Part shown: positions 61,820 through 64,000 of the stretch, in pieces
How positions within the stretch are numbered: position 1 is the first letter of the stretch
How the letters are laid out: each line of letters opens with the position of its first letter
Assembly (NCBI GenBank): GCA_963702205.1
Contig: OY969724.1
Span: 960,001 to 1,024,000, forward strand
From: an uncultured candidate division Zixibacteria bacterium
GTDB taxonomy: Bacteria; Zixibacteria; MSB-5A5; GN15; PGXB01
DNA length: 64,000 nucleotides
Direction of reading: 5' to 3'
Position numbers and translations under genes: made by a program
The notes under the pieces: generated by a model
The model's database searches: none
Told to the model about the DNA's origin: nothing
What the model saw: only the letters and a program-made list of their open reading frames with translations

Positions 61820-63388
61820 TTATCCCTCTATTTCCCCGACTGGCTCGGGCGCTCCCGACGGTGGCAATATTATGGTAAACATCGTGCCCTGACCGATATT
61901 GCTTTGCACCATAAGCTGGCCGTGGTGCTTCCGTATGATACCATAACTTACCGACAAACCCAGGCCGGTGCCTTTGCCGACCTCTTTGGTCGTAAAAAAC
62001 GGGTCGAATATTTTGTCCAGATTGTCCGCCGGGATTCCAACGCCGGAGTCTTTGACGTCGATTTTGACATTCCCGTTTTCAATATAGCTTTTCACCGTCA
62101 GCGTCCCGCCGTCCGGCATAGCCTGTATGGCATTGAGAAACAGGTTCAAAAACACCTGTTGCAGGTTATGGATGCTGCCCATCACGCGAGGCAGATTATC
62201 GCCCAGGTTAAGGTCCAGCTTTATTTTATTCAGATTTATTTCATTGCTCATAAGATTCACGGTGCGGGTTATTACTTCGTTGATCGATGTTTCCTCGAAA
62301 GACGATTCATCCCTTCTGGTGAAATCGAGCAGGTTCGCGACCGTGGCTCCGGCCCGCTCGACCTGGGTCGCGATAGTATTGAGCATCTTGAGCTTTTCCT
62401 CTTTCGGCCAGTCATCGAATTCGTCGATCAGCGCCTCGACCGTAAGGCCGATGTTATTGAGCGGGTTGTTCAGTTCGTGGGCAATACCGGCAGTGAGGTT
62501 ACCGATGGCCGCCATCTTGCGCGATTGTATGAGCTGGTCCTCGTGCCGTTTGATCTCCAAGAGCATGTGATTCAAGGCGATAGCAAGGTTGGTAAATTCG
62601 TCGCGGTATTTTCGGAAGGGCAGGATCAGCGAAAAATCTCCGGCCGCTATCCGCCGCGTGTAGCCCTCAAAGCGCCCGAACGGACGGATTATCTGCCGGG
62701 CGATAAACGCCGCTATAAACGCCACGAATATCAGGATTAGAACCAATGCCGCGATAGCTATGACCATCGACGTTCTCAGCCAGACGCGTATGCGCGAGCG
62801 TTCCTGATCGACGACGTTGGACGCTTCGGTGACTATCTGGGCTCCGAACTGACGCAGTTCGGATTCAAGAACCAGTCTTTCCTTCGACGATGTACTATCG
62901 TGGTTGCTGCCCAATGCGCCCAACTTCTCCAGAGTTTCGCGGTACCGCACCATGTTATACTTCATGCGCTCATACGCCGAATCCCCTATGACCCGGAGCA
63001 TTTCGTCGCGCGAGTCTTCTAATAAATTTTCCGCGGTCTGGACGTTGTTAAGGGCATCATAAAGATTGGTTCCGTACAGAAACCAGTTTTTCTCGAACCG
63101 TCGGGCCTGCTGAATCTCGAATTCGATATTGCCGGCGCGTTCCAAAAGCCTTTGGCGGCTGGCGATGTTGGAAATAAATACCATGGCCGCGATGGTAATG
63201 CAGCAGGTAAGAACGAAAGTGACCAGAAAGCCGGCCGCAATGCGCACCCGGATGCTTATTCTCGGGCGGTGGATAAGAGCGTCCTGCGCGTTTTTCGCCT
63301 GTTCCTCGGTAAACCTCATGGCCCGGGGATTGCCCGAATCGCCGTTACTCCCAACCCGGTCTACCATCTTTGCACCATGCCCTCGCAA
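61820..63388 (-). CDS. Membrane sensor histidine kinase (NtrB-like, HAMP); start uncertain (63367 or 63319 also possible)
   Basis: 2 [15 protein letters not shown] box and FFTTK..GTGLGL. Confidence 0.96.
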   Translation of the reverse strand: MRGHGAKMVDRVGSNGDSGNPRAMRFTEEQAKNAQDALIHRPRISIRVRIAAGFLVTFVLTCCITIAAMVFISNIASRQRLLERAGNIEFEIQQARRFEKNWFLYGTNLYDALNNVQTAENLLEDSRDEMLRVIGDSAYERMKYNMVRYRETLEKLGALGSNHDSTSSKERLVLESELRQFGAQIVTEASNVVDQERSRIRVWLRTSMVIAIAALVLILIFVAFIAAFIARQIIRPFGRFEGYTRRIAAGDFSLILPFRKYRDEFTNLAIALNHMLLEIKRHEDQLIQSRKMAAIGNLTAGIAHELNNPLNNIGLTVEALIDEFDDWPKEEKLKMLNTIATQVERAGATVANLLDFTRRDESSFEETSINEVITRTVNLMSNEINLNKIKLDLNLGDNLPRVMGSIHNLQQVFLNLFLNAIQAMPDGGTLTVKSYIENGNVKIDVKDSGVGIPADNLDKIFDPFFTTKEVGKGTGLGLSVSYGIIRKHHGQLMVQSNIGQGTMFTIILPPSGAPEPVGEIEG

Positions 63389-63730
63389 CCCATAGACTTT
63401 GCTCGTCCTGCACGGGAAACAGAAGTCGCGCCCGTAACGACATGCGCCCCGGTCGAATTATATGCACTCTCCCAAGAATGCTAAACATCAGTGAAGCTCC
63501 GGAACTCGGCTCGTCGGGGTCGGGTTCCTTGGCCAACCCTGCCTGTCTCCGGGCATAATGAGCAGGCTAATATGTGAAACTATGGCGAATTGCGGACCTT
63601 GTCAACCAATTTCTAAATCTGCGGAATAATATATGTCGCAACGAATTAAGATAGACAGACGAATCACCGGCCAGGCATCCGAAAAGAATTCCCTTAAAGT
63701 TCCCTTTTGTTTGTTCCGAATTTTAATACT

Positions 63731-63884
63731 ATGAGGAAATTTATAACCACAGCTATGACTATTCTCGGAAGCTGGCTCGGCTGGTGGCTCGGCTATCATA
63801 TCGGGCTGATGACCGCCGTCATATTGAGCGCGGTTGGCACCGGCGCAGGAAATGTACATCGGCCGCCGCTATCTGCAATTCTGA
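63731..63884 (+). CDS. Small Gly-rich 2-TM membrane protein (~50 aa) absent from the ORF track; apparent +1 frameshift at 63850-63852
   Basis: MRKFITTAMTILGSWLGWWLGYHIGLMTAVILSAVGTGAG; removing one A continues MYIGRRYLQF*. Confidence 0.7.
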
Positions 63885-64000
63885 TATCTATCATCACACT
63901 AAAAGCCGCCAAACGATATTTGATCGGCATGTCCGAATTTTTATTCTTGACAAAAAAGACCCGCTTAATTTTCTTTGAGCCCGAGTGCAGGGATAAGCCT

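Noticed and set aside
58165..62740. Long antisense ORFs (354 aa, 402 aa, and similar ones at 16112, 23216 and 34312)
   Set aside because: Shadow ORFs opposite well-supported genes, expected from codon bias
63390..63600. GC-rich leader upstream of the His kinase as a riboswitch or small ORF
   Set aside because: Some hairpin potential, but no riboswitch consensus I recognise; an Rfam/Infernal scan would be needed

Overview
A gene-dense bacterial chromosome segment. The paired dockerin-like C-terminal repeat at 45784-45995 is typical of Zixibacteria-type FCB lineages, but that assignment is inference only. In order the window contains: hydrogenase maturation genes hypCDE; a pterin cluster (folE, an unusual triple-domain PTPS, an SDR, a convergent PCD); a ~15 kb operon for alternative complex III plus an A2-type caa3 oxidase with heme O/A synthases and two SCO proteins; DNA-repair and housekeeping genes; a GT-C/TPR glycosyltransferase; a 151-bp MITE carrying a REP doublet; an exported M16 peptidase pair; lemA/DUF2207; an ECF sigma/anti-sigma pair; a lipoprotein caspase-like protease; ettA; mntH-USP with an Irr-like Fur; a cupredoxin/clan-CD-peptidase/dockerin fusion; dsbD and a redoxin; sodC; and a signalling/transport module (His kinase, three stand-alone receivers, two TauE paralogues, TIGR02186 protein, CMP-kinase-like/BON protein, non-canonical PEP-synthase-like phosphotransferase). 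All four +1 frameshifts I detected lie at or beside a GTAC palindrome, which suggests a DNA-modification footprint in the sequence. I recognised no rRNA, tRNA or CRISPR array. All assignments come from motif recognition by eye; no searches were run.
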